64,000 bases of DNA from Macrostomum lignano (GCA_002269645.1 NIVC01000751.1:186001-250000); one strand, 5' to 3'. Counted from the stretch's first letter, positions 1-11,530 are shown. Notes: generated by a model from the letters alone, not told the origin. Program-made: numbers and translations.

Positions 1-14
1 CTTTAAAGAAAGAT

Positions 15-524
15 ATGGAAAGCGCTAGAGTGGTTCTGATTAGCAAGACCGGAAGCGGAAAGAGCTCGTTGGCGAACGCCCTGTTCAACACCACGGAGTT
101 CCACGTGGGCCGCGACATGCTGTCCAGCACTTCAAGCTGCAAAAGCATCTTATCTCGCCTCGCTGGGGCCGACACTCCCGGAACCATGGACGTTGCAGCA
201 GACGAGGAGAAGGCCAAGACCGAGAACCGTAGAGCCATGGAGCTTTGTATGAGAGCGTGTCGAGTTTGTCTTGTGCTAGTGGATTCCCATTGCGACGCTC
301 AGTCCAAGGAAAGAAATTACACTGCAAGGGAGCTGCAATCGGACATGCAACGAACAGAAAAAGCAAGCAAGGAGGAGAAAAAGGTAACAAAGGCGATGCA
401 GATTACGGAACAAGCCAAGCGGAAGAAGGCCGCAGACTGGCGCAGAGGAAGCCGGGAGCCGAAGGTCGGCCGAAACCAGCGAGTGCGAGTGCACCGGGTG
501 CAGCAACCGCGGAGGTCCAACTAA
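15..524 (+). pseudogene. AIG1/GIMAP GTPase paralogue, internally deleted but ORF intact (truncated gene or pseudogene)
   Basis: ISKTGSGKSSLANAL (G1) and DTPG (G3); nucleotide similarity to 2113-2400. After CDAQ it jumps to SKERNYTARELQ, equivalent to SKGGRKYTSLELE of the full paralogue, so the G4 region is missing. Confidence 0.7.
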
Positions 525-897
525 GACACCTGCCGGACTGGCCGCCTGATCAAGCATCACATTGCAACAATCGAAACATTGAAAACTCTCAAATTTGGCC
601 TGTAGTTTTTTAATGTAACCTTTCTACATGCACTTATAGAAACCACTAGAAAGCTCGTATTTGTACTACAGTTCCCTTTTTCTGGATTAAGGATCTAAAT
701 TCCTCTAAACCACATGCAAAATTGCCCGCTATAGTTATTTTGAATTTCGGGCAGAAGTACATTGTTTATATCATTGAAGCTGGAACACTTGGAAATAAAA
801 TTTTTGGAACTTCACTGGTTCATTGAATGATTGATGATTGAAATCACACTTGTGTTACATGCGCATCTGAAAAAGGCTCTGCCAAATTTGTTTGATC

Positions 898-1525
898 TTC
901 ACCCCGTCTGATCCGTCACCCCATCTGATCCATCACCCACCTGATTCCTCACCCCATCTGATTCCTCACCCCATCTGATCCGTCACCCCATCTGATCCGT
1001 CACCCCATCTGATCCATCACCCCACCTGATTCCTCACCCCATCTGATTCCTCACCCCATCTGATCCGTCACCCCATCTGATCCGTCACCCCATCTGATCC
1101 GTCACCCCATCTGATCCATCACCCCACCTGATTCCTCACCCCATCTGATTCCTCACCCCATCTGATCTGTCACCCCATCTGATCCATCACCCCACCTGAT
1201 TCCTCACCCCATCTGATTCCTCACCCCATCTGATCTGTCACCCCATCTGATCCATCACCCCACCTGATTCCTCACCCCATCTGATCCCTCACCCCATCTG
1301 ATTCCTCACCCCATCTGATCCCTCACCCCATCTGATTCCTCACCCCATCTGATCCCTCACCCCATCTGATTCCTCACCCCATCTGATCCCTCACCCCATC
1401 TGATTCCTCACCCCATCTGATCCCTCACCCCATCTGATTCCTCACCCCATCTGATCCCTCACCCCATCTGATCCCTCACCCCATCTGATTCCTCACCCCA
1501 TCTGATCCTTCAGCCCATCTGATCA
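898..1525. repeat. 17-bp minisatellite (tcaccccatctgatcc[g/c/a])
   Basis: About 36 tandem units visible. Confidence 0.95.
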
Positions 1526-2112
1526 TGCACCTTTATCATTCAATGTAGATAATTACATTCGGTCCGAATTCTGATTTTGTGATTTTATTTTGATACATCC
1601 TATACTTTATGCGTAGGAAACCTAGTCTAACCCAGATTCCAGACTCTAAGGTAGCTCGTGCATTTGCGTTGTATCAAGAATTAGTACAGTTTAATTGTAT
1701 TTCGGTCACTCGGTAAAGAACTGTCTATGTTAATTATAATTAACGAAACACAATACGATTCGAAGGGACCAGCTGCTGCTATTATAAAATTATGCATGAC
1801 GGGACTGGCGCTTCTAAAAATATTACTGAGTAACTGCTGAATTTTGGCTGTGTGCTTAAAATTGGCGCTATATACGAGCGTACAAAGGAGCGTACATACT
1901 AGCGTACAAAGGAGCGTACATACGAGCGTACAGACAAAAATTCGTTCCTAGTTAAATAGCCGCAAATGGGAAATACTTCATAATGAGAAATACTTGCGAC
2001 TGTTTAACTAGGAACGATTTTTTTCTGTATATATAGCCAAATTTTACGCACAGAGCCTAAATTCAGTACTGAGTCATCACCATCATTCTGTAACAGGAAA
2101 TTTTTCAGAAAA

Positions 2113-3612
2113 ATGGCCATGAGCAAAGAAGCTAGAAAAACAGCAATGCTTCTCGTCAGCAAGACCGGAAGCGGAAAGAGCTCGTTGGCGAACGCCTTGC
2201 TGGACACCAAGGAGTTCCAGGTGGGCCGCGGCATGCTGTCTGGCACTGCGCACTGCAAGTGCATCTCAACTCACGCCAGAGGTCGCGACCTCACTGTGGT
2301 CGACACCCCTGGAACCATGGACGTCGCAGACGAGGAGAAGGCCAAGACGGAGATCCGGAGAGCCATCAGCTTCTGTCCGGAGGGATTCGACATCTTCCTG
2401 GTGGTGCTGAAGTGCGACGCTCGGTTCACGGCCGAGGAGAGGCGGGCCATCGAGGTGGTCGCTGAGATGTTCGGCGCTGAGTTCTACAAGCACGCCATCG
2501 TTGTGTTTAGCCACGGAGACGAGTTTGACAACAATGAGACCGAGTTTCGCAATGAGCTGCAGGAGATCAGGTGCAGTTCGTTCAAAACTCATGCAATACC
2601 GTTTACAGCTGTATTGTCTGAATCAGACTACTCATTTGGAGCTTGTACCCTGTAGAAGCAAGTTAACAAGTTGGGTGGGGCCGGGCCGTAGCGATCGCGA
2701 TGAGTCAAATTAGTCTGGAAGCGGAAGCTAGCGATGTACGTATGATAGCGGCGCTTTCTCGCTGTAGGATAGGATCCCGTTTATTTCACCGTAACTCAGG
2801 GTGTGTCAATAGTTGTACAGTTGCTAAATTTTACTCAGCACGGTTTGAACCCCTCGAGAGCAAGGTCGGAGCGTTTCATATTTTACCATATCCAACATGC
2901 AGCTGTCAGAGCAACAGCAGTCCTTAAAGAGCTACATGTACATGTAGTGAACCGCCTCTTTCTCAAATAATTACATGTACATGTAGGTGCCCTCTGTTGG
3001 AACACGCCTTTTTATCGTCGCGACACGGACCAGCATCACGGTACATTTATATGATAAATAAATGTATATTTAATCATCAGTGGAACACATTACACGTAAC
3101 TTTTGAATACATGTAACCTAAAACACAGGAAGAAGATCCCCTACCTGGACCAGCTGCTCACAAGATGCGGCAATCGGTTCGCCCTGGTGGACAATGGCAG
3201 ACGGTGCGACAGAGCTGTTCAAAACAAGCAGATTGAAGCTCTGCTGTCGAAGGCTGAGGGTCTGGTTGCCAGCAAAGGAGGCCGAAAGTACACCTCCTTG
3301 GAGTTGGAGGCCGAGCGGAGGAGGGCGGAGGAAGCGGAGCGCAAGAAAGCGGAAGAGGCGGAGCGGAGGGAAAAGGAGAGGAGAGAGCAGGAGCGGCGCG
3401 AGATGGAGAGTCAATTAATGGCTCAACAGCGAGAAAGGGACGAAAGCAGGCAGAAGGAGCAATTAATGCGAATTATGGGCGGCGTGCTGCAGCTGGGCCT
3501 TGCGCTGGCCTCTTCTGCCGGGACGTCAGCAGCTGAAAGACCGCCTACTGGACAATTAATGTCCATCTCATGGTCGACGCCAATGGATAACAGTGACGAT
3601 GATAGCGACTGA
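2113..3612 (+). CDS. AIG1/GIMAP-family GTPase, 2 exons (2113-2570, 3129-3612), ~313 aa, with C-terminal E/R-rich coiled coil and hydrophobic helix
   Basis: G1 SKTGSGKS, G3 DTPG, FLVV..RFTAEE, IVVFSHGD, RCGNRFALVDN. Phase-2 intron GT 2571 to AG 3128 joins in frame (ELQEIR|KKIPYL). Confidence 0.9.
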
Positions 3613-3800
3613 TTTGATGAAATCAGTTTATGAACAATTACAATTTGCGACTGATTTCAATTTTGGTGTAGTGTAGTGTAGTGTAGTGTGTAATGTAGTA
3701 TGCATATTCATATGTGTAGCCTAGCATATACATGTACATGTAGTAAGAGGTTGTAGCCTTAGTGGTTGTAGTCTAGTACATGTACGTCGTGTGGGGGGGT

Positions 3801-4085
3801 GGGGTTGTAGCCTAGTGGTTAGAACGTCAGCCAATTACGTCTTGAAGGTCAGGGGTTCGACACTGAAAAAATTAGTGTCCTTGAGCAGGACACTTACATG
3901 TAACTTTGCATTGCTTTAGTTCACCCAGTACCAGCATTAGCTGGGGTAATTGATCGAGGGTGTGTATGGCATGGTGACTCCCTCCTTCCCTCCCAGTCCT
4001 TGGACTGAGTCGTACGCAGCCTTCAGATGCACCGCGCAATAGCTGCGGCTGAGCTGCCGGTTGCACATCTCTGCCCATTAATCAA
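3801..4085 (+). mobile_element. tRNA-derived SINE with CORE-like segment
   Basis: A box tagcctagtggttag (~3808), B box ggttcga (~3854), then gtgtccttgagcaggacactta resembling the CORE-SINE motif. 3' end approximate. Confidence 0.65.
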
Positions 4086-4454
4086 TTGTTATAACTTTTT
4101 TGTAGTAGCATGTGCACGTGAAATAAATACCGAGCTTATCCAGCTGAGTTTTATGAATTTTAAGTTGAAGTCTCAATTAAGATGATTTTATAGTTTTTTT
4201 ATTTTACTGTAAAATTATTTTAATGGCCCTATGGCCCTATTAGTCATACTCACATGTACACAAATGTTAACTAGCTGCGACTATGGAATACACATTCACT
4301 AATTAGTACGTGTATATATAGTTGCATACATGTACAAGGCAACTTTATTTTCATGTCTTTCCTTATGCAGTACGCATGCACTCGTAACTTGAAAAGCTAT
4401 ACTATTACTAACTACTGTATAGATCGATGTACTCATAAAAATTAGGTGAGAATT

Positions 4455-4770
4455 CGCTAGCGAATGGGGAGGGAGGAGACTGAGCGGAAGATGACGGATA
4501 GGGAAGCGGAGGATGGCGGATGGGGAAATTGAGGATCGATGGCAGATAGGGGAAAGGAATCAGAGGATGGCGGATGGGGATTTGGGAAGCTGCATGAGGA
4601 TGGCGGATGAGGAGGGCAAATGAGGAAGCAGAGGATGACATGTCAGATGGGAAGGCAGATGAGGGTCAGGGAGCAGATGGCCGATGGCCGATAGGGGCGA
4701 ATATGACGGATGGGGGAGCGGAGGCTGGTCCGCTGGTGGGTCGGGACGGGAGCGGATAAGCTCGAACGCC
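4455..4770. repeat. Purine-rich degenerate repeat (gaggatggcggatggg-like)
   Basis: Low-complexity G/A-rich imperfect units. Confidence 0.6.
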
Positions 4771-5113
4771 TCGAAGCATCGATTTATCAAATCGAAGTCC
4801 GCTTGCCTACAATTTAAAACGAATTCTATGACCTACTATGTCTATGATATAATTATAATATAAAGTTTTAAACTTGGGATGGGAAAGCAAGTTAAGGACC
4901 GACACATTTTCTGTTTTCGACATCGACAATTAAAAATTCGACTGTTTTCGAGCTTCGCCTTAAGTCAGAGAAGTCAGAATCAGAGAAGTCAAGAACACAG
5001 AAGTCTCCTAGTGCATTAGGCAACTCAGACGCTGCAAGAGAAATCAAATAGAGTAGAGAATAGAGATTAAGAGAAAGACCGAATCGACGAGTGTAGGCAC
5101 ATTTTGATGTGGT

Positions 5114-5129
5114 GGCCCTGAAAAGGGCC
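5114..5129 (-). terminator. Histone 3' stem-loop of H2A
   Basis: Minus strand AAAAC-GGCCCTTTTCAGGGCC-ACCACA, a perfect match to the SLBP-bound hairpin, 85 nt after the stop. Confidence 0.95.
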
Positions 5130-5214
5130 GTTTTAGCGTTCAAATAGCTGCAATCTAGTTCTTAGACGACAGAAGAAAGAAGAGCCAAAGACGAAGACGA
5201 AACATGCGATGCTT

Positions 5215-5586
5215 TTAGTTGGTCTTGGTCTTCTTGGGCAGCAGCACGGCCTGGATGTTCGGCAGGACGCCGCCCTGAGCCACGGTGACACCGCTGAGCA
5301 GCTTGTTCAGCTCCTCGTCGTTGCGGATAGCCAGCTGAAGGTGACGCGGAATAATGCGAGTCTTCTTGTTGTCCCGAGCAGCGTTGCCAGCCAGTTCGAG
5401 TACTTCGGCGGCGAGGTACTCCAGCACGGCGGCCATGTACACGGGAGAGCCGGCGCCCACGCGCTCAGCGTAGTTGCCCTTGCGCAGCAGACGGTGGATG
5501 CGACCGACTGGGAACTGCAGTCCAGCGCGGGAGGACTTGGTCCTGGCCTTGGCCTTGGTCTTGCCGCCTTTGCCGCGTCCGCTCAT
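5215..5586 (-). CDS. H2A: Histone H2A, replication-dependent type, 123 aa
   Basis: [44 protein letters not shown]; intronless; 3' stem-loop; no SQ(E/D) H2A.X tail. Confidence 0.98.
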   Translation of the reverse strand: MSGRGKGGKTKAKARTKSSRAGLQFPVGRIHRLLRKGNYAERVGAGSPVYMAAVLEYLAAEVLELAGNAARDNKKTRIIPRHLQLAIRNDEELNKLLSGVTVAQGGVLPNIQAVLLPKKTKTN

Positions 5587-5671
5587 GATGACTGATTGAT
5601 TAGATGAGATGCTAAAAGAGAATTCTGGATATTGAAATGCTTTGATATTTTCTGAAAATGTTTGTGAAAGG

Positions 5672-5739
5672 TTTTATAGTTCGCGAAAACCTAAAATTAT
5701 CTTAGCAACGGCCCGGTCGTCAAGATGGTTCTTCATTGG
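5672..5739 (-). promoter_or_regulatory. H2A promoter: TATA (5672-5678) and CCAAT (5735-5739)
   Basis: Minus strand tataaaa about 90 nt upstream of the ATG, and agccaatg. Confidence 0.6.
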
Positions 5740-6765
5740 CTGGAGTCGAGTATTTTATTTTTGGTCAACAGTATTTTTCTAAACGTTTATTTTGTACTCT
5801 ACTTACAGTAGGGGCAAAAGTTATTTATGAACTTTTTGATTATTCAATAAGTGTCTATGTCTAGGTACAGACTAAACTTGCTTCATTTTTCATTAATTAA
5901 TTCATAAGTGCTGTTGCTTCCTGTAGACTGTAGAGAGTAAAAAATAGAAAAAATCTTTATTTATGCCAAACCAAAGTTTCAGACTAAAAACTACTTTTAC
6001 GAAGTTTCAGTGAGCTGTGAAAAATGTAATTCTGCTTTGAAGCTAAAACAGAAATGATCAAAACCTGTTAAATCAAACGACGAAAGCCATATCAAATTTT
6101 AAAAAATAAAAATCGGACGTGACTTGACTTGATTCGAGAAGTTGGGGTGGCACAGGGTAGTGTCTGTACTTGGAAAGCTAAGCAAACATAAACATTTATG
6201 CTTTCCTAAAAACGCAAAAACGACCCTTTTCAGGGCCTTTATTTCTTATAGTCGACTCGCCTTGGGCTCGGTTTATTTGAATTCTTAATTCTTATTAGAA
6301 GACTCGTAGATTCTTGTAGAGTCTGAGAAAACTCTTATCAGAAGTAGATTCGTATAATCACTTTAAATACGAGTACCAAGGACAAAAGGATAATTTTGTT
6401 CAGAGATACTGGGCAAAGCTATCAGAATCAAAAGCATCAAAGATAAAATGATGGATGGACTTTATCAAAAAATATTGGTTTGCACGTGACCCCATTTTTA
6501 CGCTTCAATCACGCCACTTAAAAGCATAAAATGGAAGAACGGCGTAATTTTGCATAAACTTTTTTACTTTTTTGCTGCAATTTGCTGCTATTTCTAGGCC
6601 CCGCCTGATAGACCCTGTTCTGGTCTTATAGTGTTTCTTAATCCCAAACAGCGGCCTGACAGAAATGAACATATATTTCTATTAACAGTAGAGTATGGAA
6701 TACATCCAGTGCTGTCTTCAAGATTTCCTCACTCAACTATGGTTCCTAAAGCCTGCTTCGCTCCC

Positions 6766-6834
6766 ATTGGTCAGGAAACAATTATCGATCGTTGACAATT
6801 TTCGAGCTTGGTTTCTTTGCTGGGGTTATAAATA
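6766..6834 (+). promoter_or_regulatory. H2B promoter: reverse CCAAT (6766-6770) and TATA (6827-6834)
   Basis: attgg and tataaata about 90 nt upstream of the ATG. Confidence 0.6.
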
Positions 6835-6924
6835 GAAAAAGCTTGCTGCTCTTGGTTCCTCATCATTCTCACTCCTCGACCTATAGTAACTAATCCTTCT
6901 GTCTAACTCCGTCTGCATTGCATC

Positions 6925-7290
6925 ATGCCGCCGAAGGTCAGTGGAAAGGCTGCCAAGAAGGCCAGCAAGGCTAAGGCCCCGAAGACTGACAAGAAGAGGA
7001 AGCGCAGGAGGAAGGAGTCCTACGCCATCTACATCTACAAGGTGCTCCGTCAGGTGCACCCCGACACTGGCATCTCCAGCAAGGCCATGATGATCATGAA
7101 CAGCTTCGTCAATGACGTGTTCGAGCGCATCGCCGGTGAGGCCAGCCGTCTGGCTCACTACAACAAGCGCAGCACCATCAGCAGCCGGGAGATCCAGACT
7201 GCTGTCCGTCTGCTCCTGCCTGGTGAGCTGGCCAAGCACGCCGTCAGCGAGGGCACCAAGGCCGTCACCAAGTACACCAGTGCCAAGTAA
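6925..7290 (+). CDS. H2B: Histone H2B, replication-dependent type, 121 aa
   Basis: [58 protein letters not shown]; divergent from H2A. Confidence 0.98.
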   Translation: MPPKVSGKAAKKASKAKAPKTDKKRKRRRKESYAIYIYKVLRQVHPDTGISSKAMMIMNSFVNDVFERIAGEASRLAHYNKRSTISSREIQTAVRLLLPGELAKHAVSEGTKAVTKYTSAK

Positions 7291-7380
7291 TCGGTCTGTC
7301 ACTGACAGACTATACGCTGGTCTACCGCGACGTCCGCTCTGGCTCCGGTGGCAGCTTAACGCTACAATGAACGCTAAAAC

Positions 7381-7396
7381 GGCCCTTTTCAGGGCC
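7381..7396 (+). terminator. Histone 3' stem-loop of H2B
   Basis: AAAAC-GGCCCTTTTCAGGGCC-ACCACA, 90 nt after the stop. Confidence 0.95.
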
Positions 7397-7787
7397 ACCA
7401 CATTCAAATTGTGCTCTACATTGCAGTCTTGAAACATACATAGGCTAGGGGCCTAGTAATAATTGTTTTTAAAGGCCATTTAATTGAACGAGTCTAGTGC
7501 CGTGAGGGGGTCCATGTGCCGTAGCCGTATTCAAAAATTTTATTCGGTTTTCCGTAAGCGTAGTGAGTTGTGACCCCAAAATTACCATATTTCTGTAGGC
7601 TAGCTGTAGCCATAGAGGAAAAACAGAACAGAGTCCTTCCGTTAAAACTTGATCATCAATCGAATTCTATTGATACTAAACTAAAGATTATACTCAACTA
7701 AATACTCTCACTTATGTTGTCTGTAATATGTCTACACAAACTCTATGAACTACTGCATGTACGGTACAGTTATGATTATGGACCGGA

Positions 7788-7874
7788 TAGGCAGTGCTTA
7801 TCCCCACGGCCCACGGTACCGTAGGAATAATTGCTGTCTTATTCCAACGGTACCGTGGGAATAAGCACTGCCTA
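7788..7874. mobile_element. 87-bp foldback / MITE-like palindrome with TA at both ends
   Basis: taggcagtgcttat..cccacggtaccgtaggaataa-ttgctgtc-ttattccaacggtaccgtggg..ataagcactgccta. Confidence 0.6.
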
Positions 7875-8904
7875 AAATAAGCATGGTAATTGCATAAATA
7901 CATGTAGCATACCATTGTTCATTACTGGCATTAAAATTAAACGCTGAAACGGCCCTTTTCAGGTCCACTCCACCACATAGCTGCGTCTTTTACATGCAGT
8001 TATCTCTCAGACCTGTTTTTATTCGAATTCTTTCTCTAGCATCAGGGATCACGCAAATGTAATTTAATGATTTGATTGATCATTCTTCAAGGCTGCCGTC
8101 ACAGCCTCTACAGCAGAGGTCGGCAAACTACGAGTACTGTCGTTGATTACACAGTAACACAGTATACATATAGCTATGGTCTGCAGTAATATTTGACCAC
8201 AAATCTATCCTTGTGAAGGCGAATGAGTCGCATTATCGTTTGTTTCTTTTGAAACACCCTTCGTACTTTGCATTATTAATAGTACGGGTACTACGAGCTA
8301 ATAAAAACACTAAGCTATAAACACATACGGTAAATCACGCCTAAAACGACTATAGACTTGTTAAACGACTAGTTAGTTCAAAATCATTATGAAAATACAA
8401 TTGGAAACTCCCGTCCCGAGTATGTACATGTAGTCTCTTAATTTAAGTCTTCTTGTGAGTTTTTCAATGACAATGAAAATTAAGAAAGACCAATTCAAGA
8501 ATGAATTATGTGGTAAAGAGCGATAGTTCTGTTTTCTAAATGGTTTAAACGAAGATTACGTTTAGCATAGGCCCTATTTAAACAATCAATTTTATTTATT
8601 CTCTCAATACGAAATATACTCCTAAAATTTTCATCTCTACCTACTTAACTGAAGTCAGTAGCGTATTGAGTTTACTAATTATTATTTCAACTCTTAAAAA
8701 CTCGTAAAATAGAAAAATTCCGGAGTGAATCAAACCGAATCCTTCCTAATTAGGAAGCCCCCCCCAGCGAGCAGCCAATCCGTTTAGGATGCTTAATACT
8801 TGAAAGCACAATCACATGTGTATATGAAGAATTGCGCTTTATTTGAATTTCTTGCAAAAAATCAAGCGTGAAAAGTTTTCTAAAATATATTACCAAAACT
8901 ATTA

Positions 8905-10563
8905 ATGGAGGCATTCAAGGAGGCTTGGCTCGCCATCGACCGTCTGGGCCGCGGCTACATCACGTCAGACGATCTGAACGTCTACATGCGCAAGCAAAAC
9001 TACGACGAATCATTTGTGCGCAAATGGCAGAAACTGTTCGACCCGGACAACACCGGAGTGATTCAGCTTGACGCCTTCTGCGACGTACTCGGGCTCAATG
9101 CTCGCGAGATTCAAGAGCAGGCCAGGTCCAATGCTGCCAGCAGCAACAGCCTGCCAGATGATGTGGTGGTCATCAGCGGCGACATGGGGCTCGAGTGGCA
9201 GGTCCGGGTCGTTAACATTGTCAAGGAGGCGCTGAGAGAGTGCGCCAAGATGAGCGTGAGTTCCGAGGGGGGAGATGGGTGAGAGGGAGATGGGTGAGAG
9301 TGAGAGGGATACATGTATGGGTGAAAATGAGAGGGAGATGGGTGAGAGGGAGATGGGTGAGAGGGAGATGAGTGAGAGGGAGATGGGTGAGAGGGAGATG
9401 GGTGAGAGGGAGATGGGTGAGAGGGAGATGGGTGAGAGGGAGATGGGTGAGAGGGAGATGGGTGAGAGTGAGAGGGATATGGGTGAGAGTGAGAGGGAGA
9501 TGGGCGAGAGGGAGATGGGTGCGAATGAGAGGGATATGGGTGAGAGTGAGAGGGAGATGGGTGAGAGGGAGATGGGTGAGAGGGAGATGGGTGAGAGGGA
9601 GATGGGTGAGAGGGAGATGGGTGAGAGGGAGATGGGTGAGAGGGAGATGGGTGAGAGGGAGATGGGTGAGAGGGAGATGGGTGAGAGGGAGATGGGTGAG
9701 AGGGAGATGGGTGAGAGGGAGATGGGTGAGAGGGAGATGGGTGAGAGGGAGATGGGTGAGAGGGAGATGGGTGAGAGGGAGATGGGTGAGAGTGAGAGTG
9801 AGAGGGAGATGGGCGAGAGGGAGATGGGTGCGAATGAGAGGGATATGGGTGAGAGTGAGAGGGAGATGGGTGAGAGGGAGATGGGTGAGAGGGAGATGCG
9901 TGAGAGGGAGATGGGTGAGATTGAAAGGGATATGGGTGAGAATGAGAGGGAGATGGGTGAGATTGAGAGGGAGATGGGTGAGATTGAGAGGGAGATGGGT
10001 GAGATTGAGAGGGAGATGGGTGAGATTGAGAGGGATATAGGTCAGAGGGAGATGGGTGAGAGTGGGAGGGAGATGGATGAGAGGGAGGGGAGAAGGGAGG
10101 AGGGGAGATAAGTACATGTAAGATCGGCGAATATATAGCCCAGATAAAGAAGTTGGGGTGAGAAGTACATGTATATCTAAGAGTGCTAGATTGAGAGATG
10201 AGGTTGTATGAAAGGGATGAGAGAATTAAGAAATGAAAAAGAGTTATAATTGAAGTAAGGAATGACGGGAGAGACAAGAGATAGTGAGCAGTGAGAGGTG
10301 AGAAGTAATTAAGAGTAACTACAATCAAATGTAACCTCCTTGAACCGCAATATCCCACGTTCTCACCTGGCGTGCAAATGCAATTACACAAGGACGTGCC
10401 CAAACAAGCGAAGACCAACTTGGACCGGCAGTGCAACCAGCTCTGGCATGTGATCATTGCTCAGGGCCAGTTCTGGTGTTACTATGGACACGAGCCGGCT
10501 TACTCGCTTGTGTTCCAGATCGGCAAGCAGGTGTTCATTGTGTTCAAGACGCCGGAGTACTGA
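8905..10563 (+). CDS. EF-hand + dynein-light-chain-like protein (tegumental allergen-like/TAL family), 2 exons (8905-9255, 10393-10563), ~173 aa
   Basis: EF-like loops DRLGRGYITSDD and DPDNTGVIQLDA; DLC-like tail KTNLDRQCNQLWHVII..F..FKTP. Phase-0 donor gtgagt at 9256 and AG at 10392 join in frame. Confidence 0.85.
9270..10090. repeat. 15-bp intronic minisatellite (gagagggagatgggt)n
   Basis: Fills the TAL intron and explains the spurious ORFs between 9111 and 10457. Confidence 0.95.
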
Positions 10564-10964
10564 CGAGATGCCGACCGCGGCCATCATGGGGTGGAGTTTG
10601 CCTGCCTTCCCTGCACGGCAACTAATAAAATATATAACTAATATATAACTATGGTGATATCCTAAATCCTTACGAGTACCAATATAGCTTGTTATTAAAA
10701 TCGCATGTATTGAATAGTAACTTTTATCTGTTATAAAAAAAATTATATTCATTTACTGTTACTCTGTAGTTTCTTTAGGTAAAGTCTATAATAAAAATTT
10801 GGAAACCAGCCAAGAGAATGTTTAATTAACTGGATATAACGATATACCTGCTTGCGAGCTCGCACTGCGTACTTCATCGAAATTAATGTTGCATGTATGT
10901 TTAGTTTTTTGTGTTTATATAGAGCACTTGGTGGCCTAAATCGAATCAAGGACCCCTATAGGAC

Positions 10965-11530
10965 CAAAAAGCGAGTCAAGGACCCCTATAGGACTGAAAG
11001 TCCTAGTCCCGGGAGTCAAGGACCTCTTGGACCGAAAGGGAGTCAAGGACCCCTTTAGGACTGAAAGGGAGTCAAGGACCCTTTAGGACAGGACCGAAAG
11101 GGAGTCAAGGAAGTCCTAGGACCAGGAGTCAATGAACTCCTCCGAGGACCCAACACGGGAGGTTCCAACACGGGAGTCAGTGACCTCCTTCGAGGACCCA
11201 ACACGGGAGGTTCCAACACAGGAGTCAATGACCTCCCTCGAGGACCCAACACGGGAGTCAGTGACCTCCTTCGAGGACCCAACACGGGAGGTTCCAACAC
11301 AGGAGTCAATGACCTCCCTCGAGGACCCAACACGGGAGTCAGTGACCTCCTTCGAGGACCCAACACGGGAGTCAATGACCTCCCTCGAGAACCCAACACG
11401 GGAGGTTCCAACACGGGAGTCAATGACCTCCCTCGAGGACCCAATAACCTCCCTCGAAGACTCAAAAACCTCCATCAATGACCTCCCTCGAGGACCCAAC
11501 AAACGAGTCAATGACCTCCCCCGAGGACGC
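10965..11530. repeat. Compound minisatellite (gagtcaaggaccc units, then 33/48-bp gagtcaatgacctccctcgaggacccaacacgg units)
   Basis: Tandem units directly visible. Confidence 0.9.

Noticed and set aside
3801-3870. tRNA-like sequences here and at 48047-48115 as tRNA genes
   Set aside because: A/B boxes are present but there is no intact cloverleaf or acceptor stem, and each continues into a SINE-like body.
5209-7437. ORFs 5209-5595 (+) and 6826-7437 (-)
   Set aside because: Antisense shadows of H2A and H2B caused by GC-rich codon usage.
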